Source of the DNA: a bacterium
Lineage (GTDB): Bacteria; Bacillota_I; Bacilli_A; RFN20; CAG-826
Direction of reading: 5' to 3'
DNA: 64,000 nucleotides
Assembly (NCBI GenBank): GCA_029098125.1
Contig: JAQXNS010000003.1
Span: 2,845-66,844, forward strand
This document shows positions 35,380 to 46,086 of the stretch, piece by piece. Under the pieces are notes generated by a model. That model was not told the origin of the DNA. It saw nothing but the letters and a program-made list of their open reading frames with translations, and made no database searches. Every line of letters begins with the position of its first letter. Within the stretch, counting starts at the first letter, position 1. The translations under genes and the position numbers were made by a program.

Positions 35380-36737
35380 TTTTTGTTACTCTCTTGTCTA
35401 TATCTTTCTTCTCTTTGTCTTCTGATATCTTTTTTGATAATTTCTCTTTTATGTTTTCTTTTGACTTTATCAATCGCAGTTTTAACTTTTTTCTTGTAAC
35501 CAGGTTTGACAGTTTTACCCATTGCTTTTGATTTAGCTTTTTTAATTTCTTTTTCTAAATCGTTATTTGTATGCCTTTTTTTAGTGATTTTTTCTTTTAT
35601 AATTGGTGAATCTTCAATTAATTCGCCATCTTTGAATTTTAAATAATCAACTTTTAGTCCATCACGAATGAGTTTTAGTGGAATATTTGTAGTGTCATTA
35701 TCAAAAAATGAGTAGCAATCTCCGTTTTTATAGTTTCTTCCGGATCTACCTGCTCTATGATAGTAGTATTCGATGTTATTTGGTAAATCAAAATTTAAAA
35801 CATCAGTAACATTTTCAATATCTAGACCCCTAGCAGCTAAATCAGAGCAAACAACTACTTGGAATTCGTTATTTTTAATTCTTCTTAGCATGTTTTTTCT
35901 TTCTCTTGCTTCTAACGCACCGCTAATTATTCCTGAATTAAGGTTATTTGATGATAAGAAATTGTAAATTTTAGTAACTTCATCTTTAGAGTTGGCAAAA
36001 ACAAGCAAGAAATATGGGTTTTTGATTTTTATAAAATCTAAAATTAACTGATATCTATCATTATGCTTTGTGTTGATGAAATGATGATTAACTGTTGATG
36101 AAGTATTATGTTCTTCATTTACTGTTAAGATAAAATCAGGTGAAATATATTTTCTTAAAAAGTCTCTAACTTTATTGGAAATTGTGGCACTATATACTTC
36201 AATTTGTGGTTTTTGAGGTATTTTTTTAATGATTTTATCAATATCTTCAAAAAATCCACTATCAAAAAGCATATCAGCTTCATCAAGAATTACAGTAGTT
36301 ACATCTTCTAAAGATAGAGAAGAATTTTCAATTAAATAATTTAGCTTTCCAGGTGTTGCAATAATAATTTCTGAACCATTGTTAAATGATTTCAAATCCT
36401 TTACTGTATCTTCACCACTAACAAATAATTTAACTTGTAAATTTTTGTAATATTCATATTTTCTAACTTGATCGATAAAGGCATAAGTTTGTCTTCCGAG
36501 TTCGCGCGTTGGAGTTAGAATGATTGCTTGTAATTTTTTGTTGAATTTTACGTTTGAAAGCAATGGAATTAAAAAAGCATGAGTTTTTCCACTTCCTGTT
36601 TCGCTTTTTACAATAATATTTTCATTTTTTAAGGCTTTTGGAATAACTACTTCTTGAACTTTTGTAGGATTTACATATCCTAATTTAGCTAAAATCTCTA
36701 TAAGTTGTGGCTTAATATTAAATGTTGAAAATTTCAT
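35376..36737 (-). CDS. cshB: DEAD-box ATP-dependent RNA helicase (CshB-like)
   Basis: Q-motif, SETGSGKTHAF, DEAD, SAT, HRAGRSGR, and a Lys/Arg-rich tail. The ATG at 36737 (MKFSTFNI...) is preferred over the ORF-track start 36767, which lies upstream of a TTGATG-16-TATATT promoter-like pair. Confidence 0.85.
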   Translation of the reverse strand: MKFSTFNIKPQLIEILAKLGYVNPTKVQEVVIPKALKNENIIVKSETGSGKTHAFLIPLLSNVKFNKKLQAIILTPTRELGRQTYAFIDQVRKYEYYKNLQVKLFVSGEDTVKDLKSFNNGSEIIIATPGKLNYLIENSSLSLEDVTTVILDEADMLFDSGFFEDIDKIIKKIPQKPQIEVYSATISNKVRDFLRKYISPDFILTVNEEHNTSSTVNHHFINTKHNDRYQLILDFIKIKNPYFLLVFANSKDEVTKIYNFLSSNNLNSGIISGALEARERKNMLRRIKNNEFQVVVCSDLAARGLDIENVTDVLNFDLPNNIEYYYHRAGRSGRNYKNGDCYSFFDNDTTNIPLKLIRDGLKVDYLKFKDGELIEDSPIIKEKITKKRHTNNDLEKEIKKAKSKAMGKTVKPGYKKKVKTAIDKVKRKHKREIIKKDIRRQREERYRQESNKN

Positions 36738-36795
36738 ACAATAGATTTTAATATATTTAAGGTGCATTTTTCATCAAAAATGTTAAAATTATTTT

Positions 36796-37731
36796 ATGAA
36801 TACAGTATTAGTTGAACCTTTTGGTTACTCAAAAACATTAACAACAGTTTTAGAAGTTTGTAAAAGAGCTAGAGCAGAAAATCCATATAGCGATATTGTT
36901 ATGCTCGGTAACGTTTTAAATGGTGATCCAATTAAAGACGAAATTAAAAAATTAGGTATTAAAAACATTATCATACCACCTATTGGCTTTGGTGACTTCT
37001 TGAATAATGTAAAAAAAGACACAATTATAATAACTTCTCCTTATGGAACAAAAAGTGAACTCATAAAGATTATTCAAAAAAGAAAATTAATTCACTATGA
37101 TTGTACATCGCCAACTATTATTGAAAAACGTGATTTTATTTTGCAAAACAAAAATAAAACTATCATTTATGTTGCGAATGTTAATACTGTTGAAGCTGAT
37201 TATTTAGCTAATGAAACAAGACACGGTTTCTTATTTTACGATCTTTCTTCAACAACTTCTGTTTATAATCGCAAAATTTTTAAGAAAAAATATAATAAAG
37301 AATCTACAATTGTTATTTTCCAAAGTGATGCATCTGAAGATGTATTGATTAGAGCATTAAGAAAAATACACGCTTTTTTACCAAAAGCTGTAATTAACAA
37401 AAATATATCTGATGAAAATTACGCAAAGAAAAAAGTCATCGCTGAGAATATTAAGGAAGGCGATTTGCTTTTAAATGTTTCTTGCTATAAAAAACCAACA
37501 AAATATTTATTAAATTACTATCATTTATCTAATAAAAATGTTTATTTTGCTACTGTTGGTTCAGTCACTGAAGCAATGCTACTTAATGTAAACGATGACA
37601 AAAATATTGTTATTGTATCAGATGGAAGTGTTTCTAAAAATATTATTTTAGAGATATACAATTACTTTTATTACAAATCAATAAAGGTAAATCTTCGTGA
37701 TTCAAAGATAGAATTTCAAAGTCTGAATTAA
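36796..37731 (+). CDS. IspH (LytB)-like protein lacking the three Fe-S cysteines
   Basis: 311 aa in the ispH (yqfP) slot next to nif3. By-eye alignment to E. coli IspH: GFCAGV->GYSKTL, FSAHGVS->TSPYGTK, DATCPLV->DCTSPTI, DICYATTNRQ->NISDENYAKK, GASAPD->DGSVSK. Confidence 0.55.
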   Translation: MNTVLVEPFGYSKTLTTVLEVCKRARAENPYSDIVMLGNVLNGDPIKDEIKKLGIKNIIIPPIGFGDFLNNVKKDTIIITSPYGTKSELIKIIQKRKLIHYDCTSPTIIEKRDFILQNKNKTIIYVANVNTVEADYLANETRHGFLFYDLSSTTSVYNRKIFKKKYNKESTIVIFQSDASEDVLIRALRKIHAFLPKAVINKNISDENYAKKKVIAENIKEGDLLLNVSCYKKPTKYLLNYYHLSNKNVYFATVGSVTEAMLLNVNDDKNIVIVSDGSVSKNIILEIYNYFYYKSIKVNLRDSKIEFQSLN

Positions 37732-38449
37732 TAGATTTTAGCACTTTTTCCATTTGAGGCATGAAAATTCTTTCAACTTCATGTGGAACATTTAAAAAAT
37801 TATACTTTGAAGTAACTACGCCCCTTCTTCCATGGTGAGGAATATCACCACTGATGAAGATATCGTAGTTTTCTTTTTGCGCAATTTCATATGAATGCCA
37901 TCCGCCACCACCAATTATTGCAACAGTTTTGATTCTTTTTTTACCTTCATTGATTAAAGTACCATAATCAACTTTAAGTTTTTCTAAAGCGTAATGTGAA
38001 AATTCAATGACATCCATTTCTTCTTTTAATTCTCCACCTCTTGCCATTGGTTCAAGTTGTAGTTGCTTAATGTTTTGCAGATCTAATGATTCAGCAAGAG
38101 CGTCATTCATACCATTTTTACCTGTATCAAAATTCGTATGATAACTATAAATCGGAATATTTAATTGCTCCATTTTTTCATAAAGTAGCCTTTTCTTCTC
38201 ATCAAATTTCAAAACTTTACTTTTTTTGCCGAAAATAAAAGGATGATGAGTAATAATTAAATCAATTTTATCTTCAAGGTGATTTTTTATAATGTAATCA
38301 TAAGTAATTTCATCAAAATCTAAGCACAAAAAAATAGTATTTGTTTCTTCTTTTATTTTATTCACTTGAATTCCGATATAATCACGTGAATCTGCTATCT
38401 TTTTTGGAAAATAAGCCGACAATTTTTTAAGTAATAATTTAGTTTTCAT
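37643..38449 (-). CDS. Nif3-family dinuclear metal centre protein (YqfO-like, short form)
   Basis: LIITHHPFIF motif, C-terminal GDIPHH, and the position after trmK. Its 3' end overlaps the convergent ORF 36796-37731 by 89 nt. Confidence 0.8.
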   Translation of the reverse strand: MKTKLLLKKLSAYFPKKIADSRDYIGIQVNKIKEETNTIFLCLDFDEITYDYIIKNHLEDKIDLIITHHPFIFGKKSKVLKFDEKKRLLYEKMEQLNIPIYSYHTNFDTGKNGMNDALAESLDLQNIKQLQLEPMARGGELKEEMDVIEFSHYALEKLKVDYGTLINEGKKRIKTVAIIGGGGWHSYEIAQKENYDIFISGDIPHHGRRGVVTSKYNFLNVPHEVERIFMPQMEKVLKSINSDFEILSLNHEDLPLLICNKSNCISLK

Positions 38450-39116
38450 TTAAAATTTCCTCTATTTCTTTGATATATATCATTATTTCATCTCTTTTTT
38501 TATTATTTTCAGGCAAATCATTATAAATTCTTTTAAACTCTTCGCGTTTAGATTTTAAATATAAAACAAACGTTTCTTCTTTTCTATTAATATTGATTGG
38601 TCCGTATTTTAACTCATTTTTATTATATTTTTGTATTTCTTTCGTCTTTTTAAAGTGAATTAGACTATAAAAAATACCTTTTTCAAAAATCATAGTTTCA
38701 TTAAAAACATCATATCCGATTGATAAAAAGAAAGGCCTGATTTCTTCTATATTTGTATGCGCATCAATATAAAAATTTTTGATAAATGAAGTTTTTTCAA
38801 TATTTGATAGAATGATTTTTTTAATTAAAGTATAGCCCATTCCTGCAATTACAACATTTACGAAATTAGGAGTTAAATCTTTGATTCCATCACTCAATAT
38901 GGCGTTTATGTCACATTTATAAGCAAAATTAATGTTTTTTACTTCATTTAAAAGGGCATTAAATGGTCCATTTTTGTTTTCGACGCCTAAAAGTTTGTGT
39001 GAAAAACCGTTTTTTGCTAGTTCAAAAAGAAGATAGCCGTGATCGCTACCAATATCTGCTAAATCACCACTATCTTCAATTAAATTTGCTATTTTTTTGA
39101 TTCTTTCAGAAATCAT
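38439..39116 (-). CDS. trmK: tRNA (adenine22-N1)-methyltransferase TrmK
   Basis: LADIGSDHGYL SAM-binding motif and the position downstream of sigA. Confidence 0.8.
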   Translation of the reverse strand: MISERIKKIANLIEDSGDLADIGSDHGYLLFELAKNGFSHKLLGVENKNGPFNALLNEVKNINFAYKCDINAILSDGIKDLTPNFVNVVIAGMGYTLIKKIILSNIEKTSFIKNFYIDAHTNIEEIRPFFLSIGYDVFNETMIFEKGIFYSLIHFKKTKEIQKYNKNELKYGPININRKEETFVLYLKSKREEFKRIYNDLPENNKKRDEIMIYIKEIEEILNEN

Positions 39117-39124
39117 TTTTTAGA

Positions 39125-40390
39125 TCAAAAGTCGTCTAATTTCTTTTGTCTATTTGGATGTCTTAATTTGCGTATAGCTTTTGCTTCGATTTGTCTAATA
39201 CGTTCTCTTGTGACACCAAATTCTTTTCCAACTTCTTCAAGAGTTCTAGGCTTATTATCATCTAAACCATAGCGTAAACGTAAAACTCTCTCTTCTCTAT
39301 CAGTTAAGTCGTTCATAACGTTGTATAAAGCATCTCTTAACATTGATTTTGTTGTGTAATCAGTAGGAGAAATTGAGTCTTTATCTTCGACGAAGTCACC
39401 TAAATGGCTGTCATCTTCTTCGCCGATTGGACTTTCTAATGAAACTGGTTCCATTGACATGCTCAAAATTTCTCTAATTCTTTCTGGTGTGTATGCACTA
39501 TTGTCCATATTTGCAGAAATTTCTTCGCATGTTGGTTCTCTACCATATTCTTGAACTAATTGACGTTGAACTTTAGTAATTTTATTAATAGTTTCAACCA
39601 TGTGAACAGGAATACGAATTGTTCTAGCTTGGTCTGCAATAGCTCTTGTAATTGCTTGTCTAATCCACCAAGTAGCATATGTTGAGAATTTATATCCTCT
39701 TGTGTAGTCGAATTTATCAACTGCTTTCATCAATCCTAAGTTTCCTTCTTCGATTAAATCAAGAAGTTGCATGCCTCTACCGATATAATGTTTCGCAATT
39801 GAAACAACTAATCTTAAATTTGCTTCGATTAATTTGTTTTTTGCTCTCATATCGCCATTTTGGATCTTTATAGCTAAGTCAATTTCTTCTTCTTGCTTTA
39901 ATAATGGAACTCTTCCAATTGATTTTAAGTATAATTTGACACTATCGTTAACTTTTACATCTGTGTTTTCATAGTTATCAAATGTAGCCATGTCAAGTTC
40001 ACGAGCTTCGCCAGATGATTCTTCATCAAAATCTGTATCATCGAAGTCATCTTCTTGATTTTCTAAGTCTTCTTCTGAAAAATTATCAGGAATATCTTCA
40101 TCATCTAGGTCTTCTTCATCTTCTGATCCGACTTCAAAACCTGCTTTTTTAAACTTTTCGAAAATTTTGATATATTGTTCATCTGAGACATCTAAAAATG
40201 AGGTAGCTTCATAAAATTCTTGCTGATCAATGAACTTTGTACCTTTATATTTAGTTTCGAATTGTTTAATGATTTGTTCTAATTTTTTCTTATCATCATC
40301 CGTTTCGTCTTGCTCAGGAATGTAATCATCCTCAATAATTTCTTCTTCCTCAGTGTTTTCAGCTAATTGTTTTTTTGCTTTTGCAGCCAT
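39125..40390 (-). CDS. sigA: RNA polymerase sigma factor SigA/RpoD
   Basis: Acidic N-terminal region, region 2 ([16 protein letters not shown]...[13 protein letters not shown]) and region 4.2 ([20 protein letters not shown]). Confidence 0.95.
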   Translation of the reverse strand: MAAKAKKQLAENTEEEEIIEDDYIPEQDETDDDKKKLEQIIKQFETKYKGTKFIDQQEFYEATSFLDVSDEQYIKIFEKFKKAGFEVGSEDEEDLDDEDIPDNFSEEDLENQEDDFDDTDFDEESSGEARELDMATFDNYENTDVKVNDSVKLYLKSIGRVPLLKQEEEIDLAIKIQNGDMRAKNKLIEANLRLVVSIAKHYIGRGMQLLDLIEEGNLGLMKAVDKFDYTRGYKFSTYATWWIRQAITRAIADQARTIRIPVHMVETINKITKVQRQLVQEYGREPTCEEISANMDNSAYTPERIREILSMSMEPVSLESPIGEEDDSHLGDFVEDKDSISPTDYTTKSMLRDALYNVMNDLTDREERVLRLRYGLDDNKPRTLEEVGKEFGVTRERIRQIEAKAIRKLRHPNRQKKLDDF

Positions 40391-40391
40391 T

Positions 40392-42257
40392 TTAATTCCT
40401 CCTTTTTTTATCCAGTTCAGTAATCTGATTTTTAATTTTGTTAAGACATGCTTTTGCGTATTTAGATTTTTCTATTTCTGACATGTTTTTCGATGAAGTT
40501 TTGTAAAAATCTAAGTTTGAAATCGTTTGACGTTCATTTTTGATTGTTTCCACAAGTTCTTTAAATATTTCATCACTATAGGGTGGGATTTTCATCGAAT
40601 TTAATGATAAATCAATCAAATCGTTAGTGATTTGTTCTTTGTTATTGATTTTTACATCGCTATTTGAAAGATATGAAATGATAGATTTAACGTTATATTC
40701 ATCATCTTCTTTAACATTTAATATGTAATCAGCGATTAAATTTGCAATATCTTTATATTCTGGTGTTATAAAATAACTCAATTGTACTTCAAACTTATCA
40801 ACTACTTCTTTGTTATTTAACATGTAATGTAGTAATTCTTTTTCTGCAAGTTGAAGTTTTGAAATTACTTGATTTTTCGATTTTTTAACTTGTGTAGGTG
40901 TTTCTGTGTAATCGGTTGAAACAATATTGTCTTTTTTATTGTTGCGATTATACTTTTTTAAAGCGTTAATAATTACTTTTTTGTCTAAATCAGTAATTTT
41001 TGATACTGTTGTAATATAATATTCAAGTTCGATATCTTCTTTAATTGATGATAAATAAGGGATCATACTGTTAATGAATTTCCTTTTTCCGTCTAATAAA
41101 GATAAATCTAGATTTTTACGTAAATAGTTGATTAACCATTCTCCATAGCTAACTAAATTTGTTAAATAAGACCTTAATTTTTCCTCTCCATACTTTGAAA
41201 GTATTTCGTCAGCATCTTTTTCTGTGAAATCAACATCATTATTCACAAATTTATAAGATAAACCAGATTCTTCAAGTTGTTTTCCTATTTTATACATATT
41301 AAGTTGGCCAGGACTATCTAAATCAAGGCATACTCTAATCTCAGCTTTTAAATATCTGAGTTGTTGAATATTTTCTTGAGTTAATGCTGTACCCATTATA
41401 GCTACAGCACTCTTGACACCTGCTCTGTAACATGCAATAACATCCATAAATCCTTCTAATAAATAGACGTATTTTACTTTATTTGCTTCATTTATTGCGT
41501 TATCGAAATTGTATAAAATTGTACTTTTGTTAAATAATTTAGTTGAACTTGTATTTATGTATTTTGCAACTGAAGTATCACTTTCTCTAAATTTTCTGCA
41601 ACTGAAACCAATTACATTTGAATTTCTATCTGTGATTGAAAAAGCGATTCTCCCGGAATTTGTATCTCTATAAGGTGTTGATTCAAGGTTTAAAATACCT
41701 GTCTCGCTGATAGTTTTTAATGAAAAATTCTTTGATTTTAAGAAATCAATGGTATTTTTTCCGTTTGTTTGAGAAAAACCAATCTTAAAATATTTAATTG
41801 TTTCATCATCAAGACCACGATTATGAAGATATTCTAGCGCATCTTTTCCATCTTCGCTTAAAAATAAGCTTGTTGAATAAAAATCCGAGATATTTTTTAA
41901 ACAATTTCTGATTTCTTCTTCTTCTGGATTGACATATTTCTTGATTTTGGCGCCTTTTAAACGTTCATCATCGAATCCTATTATCTCAGCAGTTTTTAAA
42001 ACTGCTTCTTCATAGGTACAATGTGTGATTTTTTGAACGAAATTTATGGCGTTTCCACCAGCTCCGCAGGAAAAACACTTAAAAATACCTTTTGTTTTGC
42101 TGATATAAAAGTTTCCGTATTCTTTATCATCATGAAAAGGACATAGTGCTATGTAGTTTTTACCGCTTTTTTCAACTTTAATAAAATGCGATGCAACTTC
42201 AACTATATCAGCTTGTTTTAAAATCTCGTTAGCAATTTGAAATAAGTTTTCTATCAT
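40392..42257 (-). CDS. dnaG: DNA primase
   Basis: Zinc ribbon [31 protein letters not shown] and Toprim EGFMDV...DLDSPG. Forms a dnaG-sigA operon. Confidence 0.92.
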   Translation of the reverse strand: MIENLFQIANEILKQADIVEVASHFIKVEKSGKNYIALCPFHDDKEYGNFYISKTKGIFKCFSCGAGGNAINFVQKITHCTYEEAVLKTAEIIGFDDERLKGAKIKKYVNPEEEEIRNCLKNISDFYSTSLFLSEDGKDALEYLHNRGLDDETIKYFKIGFSQTNGKNTIDFLKSKNFSLKTISETGILNLESTPYRDTNSGRIAFSITDRNSNVIGFSCRKFRESDTSVAKYINTSSTKLFNKSTILYNFDNAINEANKVKYVYLLEGFMDVIACYRAGVKSAVAIMGTALTQENIQQLRYLKAEIRVCLDLDSPGQLNMYKIGKQLEESGLSYKFVNNDVDFTEKDADEILSKYGEEKLRSYLTNLVSYGEWLINYLRKNLDLSLLDGKRKFINSMIPYLSSIKEDIELEYYITTVSKITDLDKKVIINALKKYNRNNKKDNIVSTDYTETPTQVKKSKNQVISKLQLAEKELLHYMLNNKEVVDKFEVQLSYFITPEYKDIANLIADYILNVKEDDEYNVKSIISYLSNSDVKINNKEQITNDLIDLSLNSMKIPPYSDEIFKELVETIKNERQTISNLDFYKTSSKNMSEIEKSKYAKACLNKIKNQITELDKKRRN

Positions 42258-43627
42258 TTATAAAATGTTTTTTTGAATAAATAATCTTTTAGTTCTGAAA
42301 TTTTGATTCTTTCTTGTAACATTGTATCTCTGTCTCTAACAGTGACACTTTCATCATTTGCAGTTTCGAAGTCAACAGTGATGCAATATGGTGTCCCAAT
42401 TTCATCATTTCTACGATATCTTTTACCAATGCTTCCTGTATCGTCGTAATTTACTCTAATATAAGGAATTAAATCATTGAAAATTTCTCTTGCTTTTTCG
42501 TTTAATTGCTTACTTAATGGTAAAATACTTGCTTTAAATGGAGCCAAAGCTGGATTTAAATGCATAACTTTTCTAATTTCACCATTTTCGAGAGTCTCTT
42601 CATCATAGCTATCGACAGTAATCATTAAGAATAATCTATCTAAGCCTAAACTTGGTTCGATACAATAAGGAACGTATTTTTCATTATTTGTTGGATCTAA
42701 ATAATCTAGTGATTCACCACTATAATCTTGATGTCTCTTTAAATCGTAGTCAGTTCTATCTGCGATACCCCAGATTTCGCCCCATCCGAATGGGAATTTG
42801 TATTCAATATCAGTTGTTGCTTTTGAATAAAAAGCAAGTTCTTCTGGTTCATGATCTCTAAATCTTAAGTTTTCCTCTTTTACACCTAAAGATTTGACAA
42901 AATCAATAGAATAATCTTTCCAATATTTAAACCATTCTAAATCTGTTCCTGGTTTGCAGAAAAATTCTAATTCCATTTGAGTAAATTCTCTTGTTCTAAA
43001 AATGAAATTCCCTGGAGTGATTTCGTTTCTATATGATTTGCCAACATTTGCAATTCCTAATGGCAATTTTTTTCTCGTGGCTCTTTGGACATTTTTAAAA
43101 TTAACAAAAACACCTTGTGCTGTTTCAGGTCTTAAATAAACAAGGCTTTTTGCATCTTCAGTAACGCCAATATGAGTTTTAAACATCATATTGAATTGTC
43201 TGACATCAGTGAAGTTATGTTTTCCACAAGTTGGACATGTTACTTCGTGCTCTTGAATAAATTTACCCATTTCTTCCATTGACATTGCATTAACATCAAC
43301 TTCTGGATATTGTTCTGAAATTAAATCATCGGCTCTAAATCTACCTCTGCATGATTTGCAGTCAATTAATGGATCATTAAAAGTTGAAACGTGTCCAGTT
43401 GCTTCCCAAACACGTGGATTCATTAATATAGCTGTATCTAATCCTACGTTTGTAGGCTGTTCATTAACGAATTTTTTCCACCATAATTGTTGTAAATTGT
43501 TCTTTAATTCACTACCTAATGGGCCATAATCCCATGAATTTGATAATCCACCATAGATTTGCGATCCTTGAAATATATATCCTGTTGTTTGTAAGTGTGT
43601 TGCTATTTTCTCAAATTTATTATCCAT
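42254..43627 (-). CDS. glyQS: Glycine--tRNA ligase (homodimeric GlyQS type)
   Basis: 457 aa with class II motifs [16 protein letters not shown] and GLDRL, plus a C-terminal anticodon-binding domain. Confidence 0.92.
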   Translation of the reverse strand: MDNKFEKIATHLQTTGYIFQGSQIYGGLSNSWDYGPLGSELKNNLQQLWWKKFVNEQPTNVGLDTAILMNPRVWEATGHVSTFNDPLIDCKSCRGRFRADDLISEQYPEVDVNAMSMEEMGKFIQEHEVTCPTCGKHNFTDVRQFNMMFKTHIGVTEDAKSLVYLRPETAQGVFVNFKNVQRATRKKLPLGIANVGKSYRNEITPGNFIFRTREFTQMELEFFCKPGTDLEWFKYWKDYSIDFVKSLGVKEENLRFRDHEPEELAFYSKATTDIEYKFPFGWGEIWGIADRTDYDLKRHQDYSGESLDYLDPTNNEKYVPYCIEPSLGLDRLFLMITVDSYDEETLENGEIRKVMHLNPALAPFKASILPLSKQLNEKAREIFNDLIPYIRVNYDDTGSIGKRYRRNDEIGTPYCITVDFETANDESVTVRDRDTMLQERIKISELKDYLFKKTFYK

Positions 43628-43645
43628 ATTAAAAACCTCTTCGAT

Positions 43646-43674
43646 ATTTTAAAAATAATCGATATGCTTGTCAA
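43646..43674 (-). promoter_or_regulatory. Sigma-A promoter for glyQS (TTGACA-17 nt-TAAAAT)
   Basis: Minus-strand reading: TTGACA agcatatcgattatttt TAAAAT atcgaaGAGGtttttaat ATG. Confidence 0.55.
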
Positions 43675-43690
43675 GGTACTATGAGTGTAC

Positions 43691-44311
43691 TTATATTAAA
43701 TTTTTTGAAATTATTTTTGTTTCTGAATATTTTTCTATCATTTCAAGAAAAAATACAATTAATCTCGACATTTTGATATTTTTATAATCAAAATTTAGTA
43801 GTTCTTTGTATCTTTTTGAAAGCAATTCATTTATTAGACATTCGAAGTCATCTGTTAAATTTAATTCATTTTTAAAATCGTATCCTAATAATTTAATCAA
43901 AATAATTATGTAACTTAAAACACAGATTTCAGCATTATCTTTTGAGAAATTTTGAACAGTCAATTTTAAAAGTTGGTAATTTTTAGTGAAATCATCCACT
44001 ACTGGAAACTTGTAAACTAATTCTTTTAATACTTCAACTAGAGATAATATTTGAAAACCATCTTCGATTTGTGGCTGAAAAAAACGTTTTATGATCGCCC
44101 CATCTCTAACTGATTTATATTTTTGCCCACCTTTATAAGTTTCAAGTTTTACTTCGTTTAAAGGAGCTATTATTGAATGTAAATGTGAGTTTTTACCTGA
44201 AAATGCACGAATTTTTGCACTATCAAGCCCATTTTCATTCAAAATTGTGATTATTGCATCATTTTCTCTGTATTGGGAAACTGAAGTTATTATTCCAGAA
44301 ATTTCTTCCAT
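43691..44311 (-). CDS. recO: DNA repair protein RecO (divergent, short)
   Basis: 206 aa. The N-terminal OB-like pattern (GIITSVSQYRENDAIITIL...) and the position between era and glyQS match Firmicute synteny. Confidence 0.6.
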   Translation of the reverse strand: MEEISGIITSVSQYRENDAIITILNENGLDSAKIRAFSGKNSHLHSIIAPLNEVKLETYKGGQKYKSVRDGAIIKRFFQPQIEDGFQILSLVEVLKELVYKFPVVDDFTKNYQLLKLTVQNFSKDNAEICVLSYIIILIKLLGYDFKNELNLTDDFECLINELLSKRYKELLNFDYKNIKMSRLIVFFLEMIEKYSETKIISKNLI

Positions 44312-45186
44312 TATTCTCTAAACCATGTCTTGTTTAAAAATTTATTAGAATTTCTCCAATTTTCAACTACTTGAACTAACAATTTCAAATCAATATGCCT
44401 TCCCATCATATCTTCAATATCATGTCTAGCTCTAATTCCGATTTTTTTGATCATTTTTCCTTTAGAACCGATGACAATTGATTTTTGACTTTCTTTTTCA
44501 ACAATAATTTTGCAATAAATCTCTAATGGATTTGAATCTTTTACAATATCTGTACATATTACCGTAGTTGAATGAGGAACTTCCTCTTTAAGTAAAACCA
44601 GCATTTTTTCTCTAATAATTTCTTGGATTCTAAAAGCCAGATCCATATTAGTTACTGTATTAACGTCATAATATTGAGGACCTTCTTCTAAATTATTTTT
44701 AATACTCTTTATCAAATCATCTAATCCAAATTTTTCGATAGCACTTGTTTCTATTATATTAATAGGATTATAGCGTTCTTGATATTTTTTCTTAAGTTCG
44801 CTAATTAATTCAATATTTGTTTCATCAATTTTGTTGAAAACAACGATTAATTTACAATCAAAATTTAAATGATCGAATAAATATTGGTCACCTTCATCAA
44901 ATTTTTTGCTTGCATCAACAATAAATAAAGCGATATCACAGTCTCTAATTGATGAATATGACGCTTTATCCATCATTTCGCCCAAAACTGAACGTGGTTT
45001 ATGAATACCTGGAGTATCTATAAAAATGATTTGTGAGTCATCATCGTTATAAATTCCTTGAATTGAGTTTCTTGTAGTTTGGTTTTTCGATGTAACAATT
45101 GAAATTTTGCTACCAATAATTGCGTTTAAAATTGTAGATTTACCAACATTTGGTTTTCCTACGATTGCAACAAATCCACTTTTCAT
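44311..45186 (-). CDS. era: GTPase Era
   Basis: GKPNVGKST, DTPG, NKID, and a C-terminal KH domain (VIGSKGKMIKKIG). Confidence 0.93.
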   Translation of the reverse strand: MKSGFVAIVGKPNVGKSTILNAIIGSKISIVTSKNQTTRNSIQGIYNDDDSQIIFIDTPGIHKPRSVLGEMMDKASYSSIRDCDIALFIVDASKKFDEGDQYLFDHLNFDCKLIVVFNKIDETNIELISELKKKYQERYNPINIIETSAIEKFGLDDLIKSIKNNLEEGPQYYDVNTVTNMDLAFRIQEIIREKMLVLLKEEVPHSTTVICTDIVKDSNPLEIYCKIIVEKESQKSIVIGSKGKMIKKIGIRARHDIEDMMGRHIDLKLLVQVVENWRNSNKFLNKTWFRE

Positions 45187-45188
45187 AA

Positions 45189-45587
45189 TTATAAATCTGA
45201 GCTGTCGAATGAATATGGTAATAATTCATCAACGTTTGTAACTTTTATATCGCAATTTAAATTTGCTAAATAAATTGGTTTATCACGAGGAAATAATTCA
45301 CTAATGACTTGTCTACAAGCACCACATGGAGATACTGGAAGAACTGTATCAGCAACAATTGCTAAAGCTTCGATATCTTCTTGATTAATTCCATGGCAAT
45401 AGGCGTTAAATAAAGCGTTTCTTTCAGCACACATTGATAATCCAAAGCTTGCATTTTCGATATTTGTACCTAGATACACTTCACCATCGCTTGTTAAAAC
45501 TGCAGCGCCAACCTTAAATTTTGAATATGGAGAATATGAAAGTTCTCTTGCCTCGATTGCTTTTAAAATTAATTCTTCTTTTGTCAT
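45189..45587 (-). CDS. cdd: Cytidine deaminase
   Basis: CAERNA and PCGACRQ zinc-binding motifs; 132 aa. Confidence 0.92.
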   Translation of the reverse strand: MTKEELILKAIEARELSYSPYSKFKVGAAVLTSDGEVYLGTNIENASFGLSMCAERNALFNAYCHGINQEDIEALAIVADTVLPVSPCGACRQVISELFPRDKPIYLANLNCDIKVTNVDELLPYSFDSSDL

Positions 45588-46034
45588 TTACAATTCTCCT
45601 TCTAAAATTACTTCTTGTAACGGGAACATTTGCTCTTCTTGCTCTTTTGTTTGGTGATCATAGCCTAATAAATGCAATAAGCCATGAACAAATAAGAAAC
45701 AAAGCTCTCTTTTTATTGAATTTTGATATTTTTGACGATTTTCATCAGCTACTTCGTAGCAAATATAAATTTCACCTAAATCTACAGGAATATCGCCAAT
45801 AATAACTTCGTTTTTATCGTCTAAAAAAGCAAAACTAATAACGTCTGTTGGTGCATCTTTAAAACGATATGTTTTATTGATTTCGTGAATTGTTGGTTTA
45901 TCAACAAAAGTAACGCTCATAATTGAATTTTCATTCTTTTTGAGTAATTTTAAAGTTTTTGCAAATAATTTATTGTATAAATTTTCATATTCTGACAAAT
46001 CTATATCTAATTCGTTGTTAAAATCTAATTCCAT
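45588..46034 (-). CDS. ybeY: rRNA maturation endoribonuclease YbeY
   Basis: HGLLHLLGYDH metal-binding motif; 148 aa. No SD, and a TGTTATAAT motif ends 6 nt upstream of the ATG. Confidence 0.9.
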   Translation of the reverse strand: MELDFNNELDIDLSEYENLYNKLFAKTLKLLKKNENSIMSVTFVDKPTIHEINKTYRFKDAPTDVISFAFLDDKNEVIIGDIPVDLGEIYICYEVADENRQKYQNSIKRELCFLFVHGLLHLLGYDHQTKEQEEQMFPLQEVILEGEL

Positions 46035-46086
46035 GTGTTAATTATAACATAGGTTTTAGCAACAAATATATTTTAATAATATATTT

